From NCBI GenBank assembly GCA_903813345.2, contig CAIIXF020000001.1, positions 18,972,001-19,036,000 on the forward strand: DNA of 64,000 nt, given 5' to 3'. Source of the DNA: Owenia fusiformis. Taxonomy: Eukaryota. Under the pieces are notes generated by a model, which ran no database searches, was not told the DNA's origin, and saw only the letters and a list, made by a program, of their open reading frames with translations. Shown piece by piece: positions 54,701 to 62,483 of the stretch. Numbering within the stretch: the first letter of the stretch is position 1; every line of letters begins with the position of its first letter. The position numbers and the translations under genes were made by a program.

Positions 54701-57700
54701 CTGGTGGTAAACTGTTATTTGCTTGATCAAAGCTCCGTAGTGTAGATCGAACGAATCTGAAGATGACGATTTGACCACAAATTACGAATTAAACTAGTAT
54801 TTCTATGAAAACGTTAATATTTCTCTGAAAGTAGTAGATCACAAACTCGTATATTCTCATTTCTTAAAATCCCAGTCCAAATCCATTACTTGTTCTCAAG
54901 AAATCGCTTGTTTTCCTCGAAACGCTCCGTCGATTTAGAACACAATTTTAGAAACGCTCTTACCATTTTGTTTTGATATCATTTTCAGATTATTAGAGAA
55001 GAGTTCCGAATCGAATCTATCTCTCAAAAACGTGTTGTACTTGTTAGGCAAATTGAAACATCTGAACCTGGTGGTGCTAAACGTGCAACTAGCTGATTTA
55101 AGCCTACATTAGATGATGTCATGCCTACATGTGTGCTAGATCATAAAACTATAGAAAAAAACGAAAATTAATATGTGAATGAATCTTTCTTCTTTTGATG
55201 CCAAGGGGTATAATAGATCTTAATTTCTTTCTCTTCCTAAAAAGGAAAGTCAAGCTATATATTTCCTAAACAGATCTAGACTACCGGAGCGTTTCCAGTT
55301 CACTGTGTTAACCAGATCGGAGCGTTTCTTGAATATGAGAATGCCATCATTTTTAAGACTGGATTTTCGGTCATCAAATCACTATTACGATAATGTATGG
55401 TGCGTTGAAGCATTGGAATTTGACTAAAATATACGTTGGTGCTCTAATCTTGGCTCAACTAATCACATGTAACGACAAAATGGGATTTGACCGGTAGAAT
55501 GACAAATACGTTTTTAGATTTTGATAACTATACTGCTTCGTACAGCTCTTCCTAATTGCTTCAAACGTCAATAGCCAGCCAAGTACAACATGAATATCAC
55601 ACCCATCGAATGGTATACTCGAAATATGTAACTCATACCTCTTATTCCCATTATTGGGGAAATCGTCAGACGGCTCATCATTCCCGCCAGCAAGTTTTCC
55701 TACTCCGGAGCGTTTCTTTGTTTAATTTCAATAATGAAACGCTCCGTCGTGCATGTAGGAGCGTTTGGGTTATACACCGTGTTATACTTGAATAGCCTGG
55801 TTTACATAATATTGAAGGGCATGCTGATTACATACACACGAGTACATGAATGAAGGCCTAATATTGATATACGTAGCTTGCATACCTAAATAAAAAATAA
55901 ACTCTTCTAATCCCCTAATGTAAACACGGCGGTATACGTAGCCCGATTTATCGGGGACTTTAAACACTTGAATAGATGATATTTCCTTTTACTAGACATG
56001 GTTTTATGCCTATGAGCATGAACTTGAAGTTGTATTATGAACTTAAGTTAACTATCGCTAGAAAAAAGAGAATTCATCAAGACCATAGCTGGCTTCAAAA
56101 ATCTTAATGTGAATCTCATCTAATTTACTATGATTGTGTCATTATTATGGTAGGGGGAATTCAAAAATAAATTATTCAGACAAAAATAATTCTTAAAAAA
56201 AAGAATTAATTTGTAATGATTTTGTTTAACTATCAAAACAGAACTTTATCTAATTGGCTGTTCAAGGGTTATAATTAGCATTTCAATGGTTATAATTAGC
56301 TTTTCAATGGTTATAATTAGCATTTCAACTGTTGCCGCTCTGTCTGTGCAACTGTTGCTGCTCTGTCTTTGTACCTTATCTGAATTCAATAATGTGAAAT
56401 CTTAATTTGTATTTCTACAATTTTCTTAATGAAAATAAGCCAACAAAATTAAACAATATTGAATTGAAACAAAAAAGAATCCTTATTTTCTTACAAGATT
56501 TCTGCATTTTTCATTCTCCTTAAAAACGATACCTGATAAACGATTGCAATAGTCATAGAAATAAGTGTTTAAAATCCTAGGGATTAGATTAAATGATATA
56601 TACAAATAAGTGTATGTTTTTTGTTGTTCTGGAAGTGACGTCAGACTTGTCATTGAGAACAAGATCCGAGACACACAAAGTCCAAAAAAAATTCTTTAAT
56701 GAGAGAAGAGTGTGATAGACTGCAGACTACAGACATGCTTACTTAAAAAAAACATACTAATAATATCAACATAGCCATAGCCAAAAATTATTTCAAATTC
56801 ATGCAGTTTTTCACCATATTGAGGACTTTTCAAGTGATTTTGGCCATAGTTATAAAATATGAATCCCTTTGTAAATTTTTCAAAAGTGCAAAAGCTGGCT
56901 ACAGGTCTGCCCATGAGCATTCATTTTGAGGATAAATGGTTGCAATAGTTGCAGTTCTCCATCAATGGTTGCAATCGATTGTAACTGTTAATTTCAATGG
57001 GTAATGGTTGTAATGGTTTTGCAATGGTTTCTCAAAAATGGTTGCGTAACCATTGTAACTTTATGTAAAAAGGGTTGAAAAGATTGGGTGAAGTAATGGT
57101 TGCGCAATGGTTTTGAATGGTTGATATAATGATTTTTCCTTTGATCTTCAAGGTTGATATGATGGTTACATGATATGCAATGAAACCATTGAATTTCGGA
57201 AAAAATGGTTGTTTTTTTTATAAGGGCTAGCATCAATTGTGAGAAAACAACAACCTGGCTTTAAGACAGCATAGAAAAACAATGAAGATAAACAAAGTTT
57301 ATGGATTACTTTAGAAAAACATTCATTCATTCATCATGATTTTTTAGTTGTAATTTCGATAACATTTCTATTTGTATACAAAAGCTTCCTGTTCCCGATC
57401 TTCTTTCTTTATGCTGATGTCTATTTCAACATTTTCTCATGAAAAAATGAATAAACTAACTTTATATTACTTTACTTTATATTTATTTAAATAATTCAGT
57501 GATCAGAGTGATATTTTCATGCTTGTTTTTTTTATTCCTTGCTAGTTCTACTCATTTCATGTTTAGTTTGCATTTATCTTGAATTATGAAGCCATAAAGC
57601 AAGCAGCTTTAGTTGATTGTTAAGGGACTTACAGAAACGCTTCGAGAATAATAGTAAACTGTATCAAAAAATGCCAATAAATTAAGCCATAATCCGTATT

Positions 57701-60700
57701 AAGACTTGAAATGACTTAAGAGGTTACTGGCCCAGGAATCAATACCAGCAAATCAAATAAAAAATAATTATTATCAAAATGTGCTCTATCAACCCAGCTC
57801 TCATTTTAGACATAACTTTATTACAAAAGAATGATAATGGCGAATCAATAGTCTAGAAGTAACCAATTTATAATCAATATTCAGGCCTTGTTTGTCGTCG
57901 TTTAAGTTTAAGTCCAACTCGGGGACTTCAAATCACCAATGGTCAATAAACCTAAAATGCTTGCTACTGGCGAAAATTGAACAGAATTAATAGTCACAAA
58001 GTCAATTTGTGCTATAAAAATTCTGCTTTATTGCGAAGAATCATGAACCAAAGAAGCCAAATTGTTAGTAAATGCACATTGCACTCATGCTTTTAAATTT
58101 CTAATTAAGAAGTACAGGATTCTTTACTCCTTAATTGAAGCATATCAAGCAATTATTGATGAGTAAGACGATTATGAGTTTCATTAAATGCAGTTAAACA
58201 AAGTCTAGTATTCAAGGTAGCTTACAATGCCACAAACGCATTAATTATTTTTAATCAGTATTTTTTTTATTTTCCTCAGAAATAAGCATACTACCAATCA
58301 CCTATATTATATGGATTCTTGGAAATTATTATAAGTGGTCAATAGATCAAGAACTCACGCCAGGTGAAATTTTTGAGGAAGTAGAACATGAGAGGTTTTA
58401 TATTCTAGAGGAAAAATTACTAAAGATCGGAAATATAAATACCACATTATAATATGTATCTGTATCATAATTAATCTACAGATATTATAATACTATTATT
58501 AATAATAGGAGAATCGAGTTACAATTTTTTCGACTTGGCGTTCAATTCCCACGTTTGGGGTACTATATTAATCAAGCTACTAACACTTCAGCGGATCTGT
58601 TCTAGACACCTTGTCTGCAGATACAACCCAAGAAACCTATCTGTGGAATGGCCAGTGTCCAAAAACATGTTACCCTGGATGCCCAGCAGCTAGTCACATT
58701 GCCCTCTGGCTTTTATAGATGATTTTGATGCAAATAAAATCACAAATGTAGCTGTCCTAGCTTTTTGTAGTAGTTTCAATGTAAAATGAGTGGCAATGTA
58801 TATGTAATGTTGTGCATTTCAATGGGCTTTCTCTTTGACAGCTCACAGCTATTCTGATGACAGCCCTGATAAGATACAAGGAGCATTTGTGAATCATCTC
58901 TTAATAAAAGAGGGAAGATGAAGTTAAGCTCATAAGCAGGGTATACTAGCCACTGAGCTAATCTCATAAAGGGAGCTAGAATGCATTACCCTCTAGCTAA
59001 TTAATAAACTCCCATGAAACAGTTATGCAATGAATGTTGATCAAATCTCCAATTTCACCCAGGTATAGTTTATAGGTTCAACCTTGAACAGATCCATCTT
59101 CCAGCGAGAGGTAATTGATTTTTCAAAATGGATGGTGCTTTTATCTCAACCCCAATGGTAATCTAAAACATCAATGATCGATATGTATTATACCAAAACA
59201 AAACATTATACACTTAACATAAACAATACCTACAATAGCATTTTTTGCAGGAAGCCCGAGGCTCTATGTACTATAAATCAAAAAATAAAAATACACCGCT
59301 AAAATAGGGCTAGTCTTATTGGATTATGTCTAAAGCACAATGATATAAATCTATGTTAATGACCAAAATTATGTCTAATTTCTTATAAGCCTGTAATCTT
59401 GAATAATACATAGTTATAGCATAGATTCTCAGACACGGGCCATGGTTCTTTCACCCATGTATTTTAAATGATTAAGTAGGAGCATTTTCTGATGGTACAG
59501 GATAACTAAAACAGATACTGAGTGATAAATATCGCACTTTGAAGAGCAAAATGGCCACCATGTTATTTACCCAGCATGCCCAAAACCCGATCAGGCCTTG
59601 GCACAAGTCTGCTTTTGCATTTGTAAAAATTTCAAGATGAAGGGATAAGCAACATTTGCAAGATTCATGTGATATCTGCCCCCACACACCCAGCAGCACA
59701 AGATGATGACAATAACTCCAATTATTAGGTTCTAAAGAGAAACATCACTATGAATAACAATCTGTTGATGAATTCAAAGCCATCCAAAAGATAAAGTAGC
59801 TCAACCTACATAACAACAAAAAAGAAAATTTAAGAACTTGAACCTGACTAATATGTCATGCCATGACATCTAAAGTAGTTTTGAACTTTTAGAAACTTAG
59901 CTAACACCATTTATGACCTGCATTGAAGACCTTGACCCCAAAAAGGTTACTCTTTCAGACCCTGTATAATAAACAAGTTATTCAATGCCAAAAAAGGTGC
60001 AGTTTTTGTACTTGTTGATGATTGGAAGATGACCCACCTTCTCCCAGGGTTTCATTTCATTTCCCCATTTTTACGGAACAACCTGCACTCTTCAGTAGTG
60101 TAGCTAGCTGATGAGAATAGAGGGTAAACAACTTTTAATTATTTCTCTATGGAATTCAGATGATTACTTTATGTAATAACTGGTAAGATGTTCATTCTTT
60201 CAAGAACTTGGAAATTAGGAACAGACTAGAATCTAAGAAAGACAGGTGAATCTATTATATTTAGGCTAACATATCTATCGTTAGAACTGCAATTCATTAA
60301 AACTCTGTCTTTTAAAATCAACAAGATATTGCCATAACAGAATAGCTTTACATGGTTACAATTGTGAATGTGTAACAACTGGTACAGATACCCAATGCTG
60401 ATACAAGCACCAACACTGAATGCCATGGCAATATCTCAATATTTCATGGTGGTGAAATATAAAAAGAGACTGTTGAAAATGGAATTACACATATATTAGT
60501 ATTATGATATACATTGTATATTCATAAAACTTTTCATAGTTACAGCATTTATATTAGTAACAAAGCTATTTCCTATTCAAGACGTGTATATTCTTTATTG
60601 GTTTTCATGAGTTTTTTATTTTCCTTTTTAATAAAAGCCATGAAAGTTGCCTGATTACTATGCTTTTTGGAAAAATCAGATTTGTCATGTTTGATTGATA

Positions 60701-62073
60701 GGATGTCATTTGGGATCAAGATATTATAACTGGCAACATTTGATGCATCTTTATTTGTATTCATGTGAATAAATATCTAATGGACTAAATGAAAAGTCAC
60801 TTTTGGTACAAGACATCCCAAAAATACATATTTTTGTCGACCACAATAAATATTAGGGGAAGAATGGTTGCCAGAAACTGTCCTATTTCATGATTCTCAG
60901 AGCTTCTGTATTTTTGAAAGTCCAATTTCATAACATAAATATGAAAAACATGTATATCAACATTTCTAAAGATGACAACAACCATCAAGTGTAGTTGATA
61001 TTCCAGTGATAATCTATAACTACAGGGGATCATACAAAATCAATAAGAATTGTACATCAGCAGTTACAACTCTATTCTCTCATTTACATGATTTTTGATC
61101 ATTTTTGTATATTTTTCACCGAAAATGCCCTGGACCTTAATCTATTTGAAATATCCAACTAAAATGAACTTCTTATCCTTTTCCATCCCTAAACACACAT
61201 TTGCTTTTATAGATGTAAATTTATGGATGCAGAGGAAATTCTTCCTGGCAATGTAGGCAACCGATCCATCTTGTATGACACTAAAAGTATAGTGCAAAAT
61301 AATGACGGGACAGCTACGTCTGCAAATATGCCAATCAATATGGTAACTCAGGCCCAGTAATCCGTAATGTAAGACAGTGTTGAAAGAATTTAGCTAAATT
61401 ACCTCATTTCAACAATGAGTAGTAAGCAATTACACCAGAATGTAATAAAATCAGGAAATGAGTTGTAATAAAATCAACGAAATCTTGATTATTGAAAATA
61501 AACCCTTGAAAAATAATAAAATAAAACTGATTCGAAAATAAATCGCGACATTTAATTGTCTTTAACGACATGTAATTTCCACTTTTATAACATTGATATA
61601 ATTGAAGCTGTTAATGTCAAACAGTATATCATATAACTTTGACGTAGATCTCTTAAGGAAATTCTCCATCACGTAACATTTCAGAAGTAATACAATATAC
61701 GAAAGAGACTGGTAAAATTCTACCATTTCATGATCGATAAAATATTTATCTTATACTTCCCCACCTGTCTGCCCTCATACCAGCGGAACAAGCCAGCAGA
61801 ATAGATAAGTCAGGTAAAATATTATAGAAAGAAAAAGTCTGTTTAATCTCATTTACCCATGGCATACAATTAATTATACATGGAAGTTCAACAAATCCTC
61901 TACTTTTCTTAGGCCTTCTGTCAAATAGAGGCAGAAATCTCATTTTATTTGTATTCCATAGTCCACGTAGTTATTTACATTTGAGAAATGTTCTAAATAA
62001 ACAACAATGCAAGTTATAATTTAAAAAAGATCTTACCATTAGACCCCTTATCTGTCTGGCCCTTCTCCCCCAT
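3717..62073 (-). CDS. CAMTA: Calmodulin-binding transcription activator (CAMTA), about 1416 aa. Proposed coding exons: 62073-62037, 44774-44677, 42794-42727, 41874-41739, 41028-40818, 40329-40295, 39359-38049, 37498-37372, 31991-31863, 31416-31331, 30630-30440, 19607-19532, 11821-11074, 10866-10780, 10469-10196, 9897-9725, 9340-9195, 8672-8479, 8183-8127, 3783-3717
   Basis: CG-1 domain motifs (RHSWNSNEELAAIL; RKKVRYRKDGYYWIKRRDGKTTREDHMKLKVQGVECIYGSYVHSALLPTFHRRCYWLLQNPDTILVHYLNVP), TIG domain (ITDFSPDWG..STKILVTGPW..SGVLRCFSPAHEAGLVTMQV), ankyrin motifs (GLTILHMASALGY; CTPLMWACALG) and four IQ motifs. All junctions are GT-AG with matching phases; the summed CDS is 4251 nt. The first and last exons are less certain than the core. 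Confidence 0.95.
5468..5498 (-). CDS. Candidate 31-nt CAMTA cassette microexon ((S)DFWDMLHARR)
   Basis: CAG acceptor and a strong G|GTGAGT donor; open in phase 2 and shifts the downstream exon to phase 0. The polypyrimidine tract is weak. Confidence 0.4.
7600..7660 (-). CDS. Candidate alternative CAMTA terminal exon ((S)WGQWIGLTKTASSPEKTST*)
   Basis: TAG acceptor at 7661-7663, open in phase 2, locally GC-richer than the intron. Confidence 0.3.
8127..9340 (-). CDS. CAMTA: CAMTA IQ-motif exons (9340-9195, 8672-8479, 8183-8127)
   Basis: AAKIIQNFFR, AAILIQSYYRRYKQ, AAVLIQSQFRSY, AAMVIQNQYRTY and AAVLIQQRFRSH motifs with consistent splice phases. Confidence 0.93.
12615..17588 (+). CDS. Sola2-like DDD transposase, about 884 aa; exons 12615-12654, 13162-13375, 13549-13765, 13890-14726, 16021-17359, 17581-17588
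   Basis: Motifs DFAENY..QDEAQGAHW..QVTLFP, SDGCASQFKS and FFGSRHGKGPCDGEGG (Sola2 assignment from recalled family motifs); Cys clusters CLCEYC, CLERACNNCG, CFCNVC; basic N-terminus. All introns are GT-AG and phase-consistent, with no internal stop (2655 nt). Confidence 0.88.
14855..15884. mobile_element. Non-autonomous MULE-like MITE inside a transposase intron
   Basis: TIRs of about 35-40 bp (GGGTTTA(T/C)GAAAAAGACCGA...CCGACCACCGACC) flanked by an identical 9-bp duplication TTTTAAAAA (14846-14854, 15885-15893). Confidence 0.75.
19802..20050. repeat. Local tandem duplication of about 146 bp
   Basis: GACACAAAATAAATTA...CATTTACTGTAAAAA.ATAA.GG.G.GAATATTTAAATA occurs at 19802 and 19948. Confidence 0.7.
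20940..23381 (-). CDS. Toll-like receptor, 813 aa, intronless CDS, single-cysteine-cluster type, nested in a CAMTA intron
   Basis: Signal peptide, LRRNT (CPGECTC..VDC), many LxxLxLxxN LRRs, LRRCT (GNALTCGC..W..YKC), TM helix, and a TIR domain (YDAFVSF, CIHLRDWMPG, SRKTLLLVT..FSTSQYCLYE, YIQWP..FW). A likely 5' UTR intron spans 23423-25109. Confidence 0.95.
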   Translation of the reverse strand: MASQGHNCTAVVVSVVLTILLHSHGLSTMLLHGRAERDIGQTSYSTRNNFTGDNTLHEHLQQNKDDNSKQLLEQTGNVEKVHSNLCPGECTCNTNSENQGLYVDCRARSLNAIPRLPRNTRIVDLSHNRIADITPGIFAGLEQLSVINIQSNEIQYLTNETFGSIPNLTRLILSDLKLKRIAECTFCKLDNLRELDLSYNRHLTMRMTSPLVKAFKGISRKIESLNIARVNIRNDRNTFVLQRHFFKGLQSTKLKTLDISGNNLAILMPGFSFNLNSIEHIKIAMNYIVNIPYIDILTISKTIRTFDASYQSYPRDRNMGPLQIRSRKKRDVLQMPLIFPKKLQKRDSQALFEHCSEMWPAPPHLEELYLHHLSRGIDAVHRYTCLGDNSLRIADISFANIFKWNGPIIGLNKLQYLYMQGNFFNYFALDGFDYLPRLEALYLSQNNMGNLVINHDSEGRLFANLTTMKTLDIAANNIEYMSENAIFNMVNLSNLNMSFNQIYNFSLDLSRHNNIKNINLSHNEIHLIAAKQRQMLDDLKKRTNYTLDLTGNALTCGCGESLLSLKWMTALERREMFPGFFEYKCVFDNGSVLAFDQINVEELWNDCHRVDMTPYVISGSLLLCIIMVLAIGKLVHYNRWTLRYWYYVLRKSYRQKRLMEMHNEVIIEYDAFVSFHADSTQWVVDDLCSFERDNDFQFCIHLRDWMPGTYIQENIVQSVDKSRKTLLLVTKEFSTSQYCLYEMYMARNVLFDKGVDVLVLILLDPAEVILAQPINKVLKHLIQRKSYIQWPGTHFWSNLKAALAQDEVRPLTA
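23605..24510. repeat. Minisatellite of about 32 bp (TACTCAGACTAGAAATTACCAAGGAATGCCA-like), split by the Tc1/mariner MITE
   Basis: Units are visible on both sides of 23724-24366. Confidence 0.7.
23724..24366. mobile_element. Tc1/mariner-type palindromic MITE
   Basis: CAGGGTGTCC...GGACACCCTG ends, TA duplication, and inverted arms of about 270 bp. Confidence 0.9.
25295..25302 (-). promoter_or_regulatory. Possible TATA box of the TLR gene
   Basis: TATATAAG on the minus strand, about 185 bp upstream of a GTGAGT donor at 25109. kB-like GGGGTTTTCT (about 25697) and GGGGATTTTC (about 26377) lie further upstream. Confidence 0.3.
26389..26972. mobile_element. hAT-type MITE
   Basis: TIRs TAG(A/T)GGTGTCAA, 8-bp TSD ATTTTCTC (26381-26388, 26973-26980), subterminal TTAACCGG repeats and an internal direct repeat of about 135 bp. 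Confidence 0.9.
28410..29993 (+). CDS. Type II membrane glycosyltransferase, nucleotide-diphospho-sugar transferase (GT77-like) family, about 527 aa, nested antisense in a CAMTA intron
   Basis: N-terminal TM anchor, repeat stem, and catalytic region TMVNMGYLSLTYSWLCN..VLIVATD..LLFEVDAVWFASP..AGGFLFM..NEQTLL..NNNWIIGKEAKIKRAK..HWF. TTTCAG acceptor at 28391, first ATG at 28410. Confidence 0.85.
   Translation: MRKEWIFLILMGCIISIVILFHLSKYSTTIQHHWRAHIPRRTNTAMASNMSIANNLQPQAPHNIDFIQRNKELIDKISKNSRHNIPRNNKLIDKISKTLISNITRNKELIDKISKTSRHNIPRNNKLIDKISNTLISNITRNKELIDKISKTLISNITRNNEFIYKISKTSIRNITRNNKLIDKISKTLIHNIMGNNELIDKLIKTSRRNIPRNDERDITNNQLPMTYNDSRVKISQQRNSLPPELVEVKARAQMIANNKVVVAITMVNMGYLSLTYSWLCNTVNMNVHDNVLIVATDRRTYEKLQQDWPNVASVLYPLNEDQGSNLNYNALNYVKYMLNRSNLLLALLGFNIPLLLFEVDAVWFASPFPLIHSLSYYDLVGAKIATTEQMAGGFLFMQPTRDTLNVFTTVSNELQIYLDRYKFYKGDRQLPYEINEQTLLNGNLKYENGRPRLNYKILDLSIVADGQWYKKRGKQSIPLVLNNNWIIGKEAKIKRAKKFHHWFIDDNNNCDWEEVQNIMKLGKNFH
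28614..29045 (+). repeat. Coding minisatellite: 8 x 54 nt (18 aa, RN(K/N)(E/K)LIDKISKT..NI(T/P))
   Basis: Units can be counted directly in the DNA and the protein. Confidence 0.95.
30145..30795. repeat. Two direct repeats of about 113 bp (30145-30259, 30683-30795) flanking CAMTA exon 30440-30630
   Basis: TGAATCCAC.CCCA.TTGAAT...GCCCACTGTGGCTTATGTATGATGTTATGA...GCTACTAGCTAT.GGGCAGAT occurs twice. Confidence 0.85.
32965..33645 (+). CDS. Secreted collagen-domain C-type lectin (collectin-like), copy A, 226 aa
   Basis: Signal peptide, short coiled coil, CTCNC, 8 Gly-X-Y triplets and a CTLD (CPHDF..SCY..W..A..HC..GANLA, FWIGL, QPEN, WHD-C..YICE); intronless. Confidence 0.93.
   Translation: MELQTFLLLLLLTVQYSYCANNKLKSCQAKLKRLQNDYNVLKVAGQCTCNCEGIKGLPGPTGPQGPQGPPGPTGPQLPTTCPHDFVQNSEFGSCYKLFTVEPFSWIDALSHCQSMGANLAMIESNEEQNFLREQIQQKNNLENFWIGLNELHGNWSWSTMPGQENEPLGKDSYHSWNVDEGQPENNDQNCAKMAGGTSTRNYRWHDDLCTSKDKYICEIKLNIKQK
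35018..35689 (+). CDS. Secreted collagen-domain C-type lectin (collectin-like), copy B, 223 aa
   Basis: Tandem paralogue of copy A. Flanks are also duplicated (about 32575-33733 versus about 34648-35821). Confidence 0.93.
   Translation: MELQTFLLLVLLLIVQYSYCANNKLKSCQAKLKRLQNDYNVLKVAGQCTCNCEGIQGLPGPTGPQGPQGPPGPTGPQLPTTCPHDFINSTEFGSCYKLFTVEPLSWIDALSHCQSMGANLATIESDEEQNFLKEQIQQKNNLKYFWIGLNNLHGYWSWSTMPGQENEPLGKDNYHSWNVDEGQPENNNQHCAEMDAAKSGRNYRWHDDHCMYKHTYICEMKLK
36493..37285. mobile_element. Non-autonomous Kolobok-like element, copy 1 (core about 497 bp plus a nested insert)
   Basis: TTAA on both sides, AGT...ACT termini, and a near-identical second copy at 54164-55959. Confidence 0.75.
36718..37008. 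mobile_element. MITE with CAGTGGCGTAG TIRs nested in Kolobok-like copy 1
   Basis: TIR CAGTGGCGTAG/CTACGCCACTG with GCATC duplicated. The empty site is visible in copy 2 (TTTGCATCAATC, about 54381-54392). Confidence 0.85.
37372..37498 (-). CDS. CAMTA: CAMTA TIG/IPT exon GSTKILVTGPWYSTNSSYSLMFDDVSVPAELIQSGVLRCFSP (absent from the ORF track)
   Basis: Manual translation gives the TIG core; TAG|GGC acceptor and G|GTTGG donor; phase 1 joins the 31991 exon (A-HEAG). Confidence 0.93.
38049..39359 (-). CDS. CAMTA: CAMTA large central exon (437 codons; low complexity, GTLNPS repeats, Q-rich tract, start of the TIG domain)
   Basis: Lies in ORF 37950-39356 and ends ITDFSPDWGSQQ|GTAAAT. It is preceded by the 35-nt exon 40329-40295, which corrects the phase. 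Confidence 0.9.
38659..38873 (-). repeat. Coding 18-nt minisatellite in CAMTA (about 11 x GTLNP(S/N))
   Basis: Repeated GGGATTGAGTGTGCCA(C/T)T on the plus strand, in frame within the large exon. Confidence 0.95.
40818..44774 (-). CDS. CAMTA: CAMTA exons encoding the CG-1 DNA-binding domain (44774-44677, 42794-42727, 41874-41739, 41028-40818)
   Basis: Near-canonical CG-1 sequence, with consistent GT-AG junctions (phases 0, 2, 0, 1). Confidence 0.95.
41998..42347. mobile_element. Inverted-repeat (MITE-like) element
   Basis: TCATACTTGAGTGGGTTTGGGGTAGATAT at 42001 has its perfect reverse complement at 42315-42343. Confidence 0.7.
42353..42481. repeat. Palindrome of about 130 bp (foldback, possibly a Crypton-like non-autonomous element)
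   Basis: Arms GTTATGTAC..GGTTTTGGATACAG.GTTTATCCC..GGGAAATATGTGTATCTC with a short loop. Confidence 0.7.
42821..44326. mobile_element. Helentron/HINE-like non-autonomous element with an internal tandem array of about 160 bp and a (GGAC)n microsatellite
   Basis: Subterminal inverted ATGTCCCC...GGGGACAT, 3' hairpin CCCCACAC..GTGGTGGGG, about 5.5 units of 147-163 bp (42880-43740), and a GGAC/AGAC tract at about 44209-44281. Confidence 0.7.
44775..44883 (-). repeat. 24-nt tandem repeat built from the CAMTA exon-2 splice acceptor
   Basis: On the minus strand, (T/C)AT(A/G)TATTTTCA(G/A) recurs with its 3' end at 44775, 44799, 44823, 44847 and 44873. Confidence 0.85.
46965..47140. repeat. Dispersed short repeat family (related copies at about 32200-32350 and about 59545-59715)
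   Basis: Shared CCCAG(A/C)ATGCCC..AACC..AT...(A/G)TCTTGGCAC.AGTCT...TTGCAT..GTAAA core and CAGCACA.GA tail. Confidence 0.55.
47214..48544. mobile_element. Second Helentron/HINE-like element with a 135/155-bp tandem array and a (GGAC)n microsatellite
   Basis: Subterminal inverted repeat ATCCCATCGAAC (47250) / GTTCGATGGGAT (48530); units start at 47283, 47418, 47553, 47708, 47843 and 47998; GGAC tract at about 48392-48501. Confidence 0.75.
48629..49869. mobile_element. Non-autonomous CAC-ended DNA transposon (Transib/Chapaev-like), 1241 bp
   Basis: TIRs of about 45 bp, CACGG(A/T)GCCCATGTCAAGCTGCGCGCCTACT..., ATATA duplicated on both sides, and internal AACTGCGCG(C/T) motifs. Confidence 0.85.
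51197..51312 (-). other. Hairpin with a 49-bp stem and 18-nt loop in CAMTA intron 1
   Basis: Arms 51197-51245 and 51264-51312 are complementary at 42/49 positions; four of the seven mismatches become G-U pairs on the minus strand. Confidence 0.6.
54164..55959. mobile_element. Kolobok-like element, copy 2, nested in the EnSpm-like element
   Basis: TTAA flanks (54160-54163, 55960-55963); colinear with 36493-37285 once the inserts are removed. Confidence 0.78.
54487..55781. mobile_element. Non-autonomous CAC-ended DNA transposon (Transib/Chapaev-like), 1295 bp, nested in Kolobok-like copy 2
   Basis: 49-bp TIRs CACGG(C/T)GTATAACCCAAACGCTCCTACATGCACGACGGAGCGTTTCATT, TTATA duplicated, and internal GGAGCGTTT motifs. 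Confidence 0.88.
62037..62073 (-). CDS. CAMTA: CAMTA putative first coding exon (MGEKGQTDKGSN); the exon including 5' UTR spans 62037-62128
   Basis: AG acceptor at 62129-62130, in-frame upstream TGA, ATG at 62073 and a GTAAG donor. Phase 1 joins the 44774 exon in frame (G|AT GGA GAC). Confidence 0.6.
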
Positions 62074-62329
62074 GACAGCGGAGTAGCTCAATAGGTGGGG
62101 CTGTTTACTACATGCTCAATGGGTGAACCTGTAAGGAAGAAATATCAATTATAGATAGATATATAGTAATAATAGAATTCATTTCTCAAATTAAACTCCT
62201 AAAAACAGGACATTTATGATCTTAAGTAACTGTCACATTGGCCATAGGGGCTCACATTTAGGCATTAATTTTGAATTAATCAATTAATTTTTGCATTTAA
62301 TGTAGATATCCTGCTGGAGTATCTATGCT

Positions 62330-62483
62330 CAGTGTTGTCATTAACAGCCGGTCCACTGGTCATTATCTGGTTACTTTTGATACGGACCAGTTGATTTTTT
62401 CACTAGGTATAGGAAAATAACATTGCAACTGGTCCGTAATATCATTTTGACCAGCAGGTTTCAGCCCCTTAGTGTCTACACTG
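62330..62483. mobile_element. 154-bp hAT-type MITE
   Basis: Imperfect TIRs CAGTGT(T/A)G(T/A)CA(T/C)TAA with an 8-bp TSD TCTATGCT. Confidence 0.8.

Larger units (their letters stand above)
53162..57226. mobile_element. Non-autonomous EnSpm/CACTA (CMC)-like element, 4065 bp including nested inserts
   Basis: TIRs CCCTTA..AAAAAAACAACCATTTTTTCCGAA, 2-bp TSD CT, and dense subterminal AACCATT/AATGGTT repeats at both ends. Confidence 0.8.

Noticed and set aside
54487-55781. Bona fide RAG recombination signal sequences or a RAG-like gene
   Set aside because: Only a heptamer-like end is present; there is no ACAAAAACC nonamer at 12/23 spacing and no RAG1/2-like ORF in the window.
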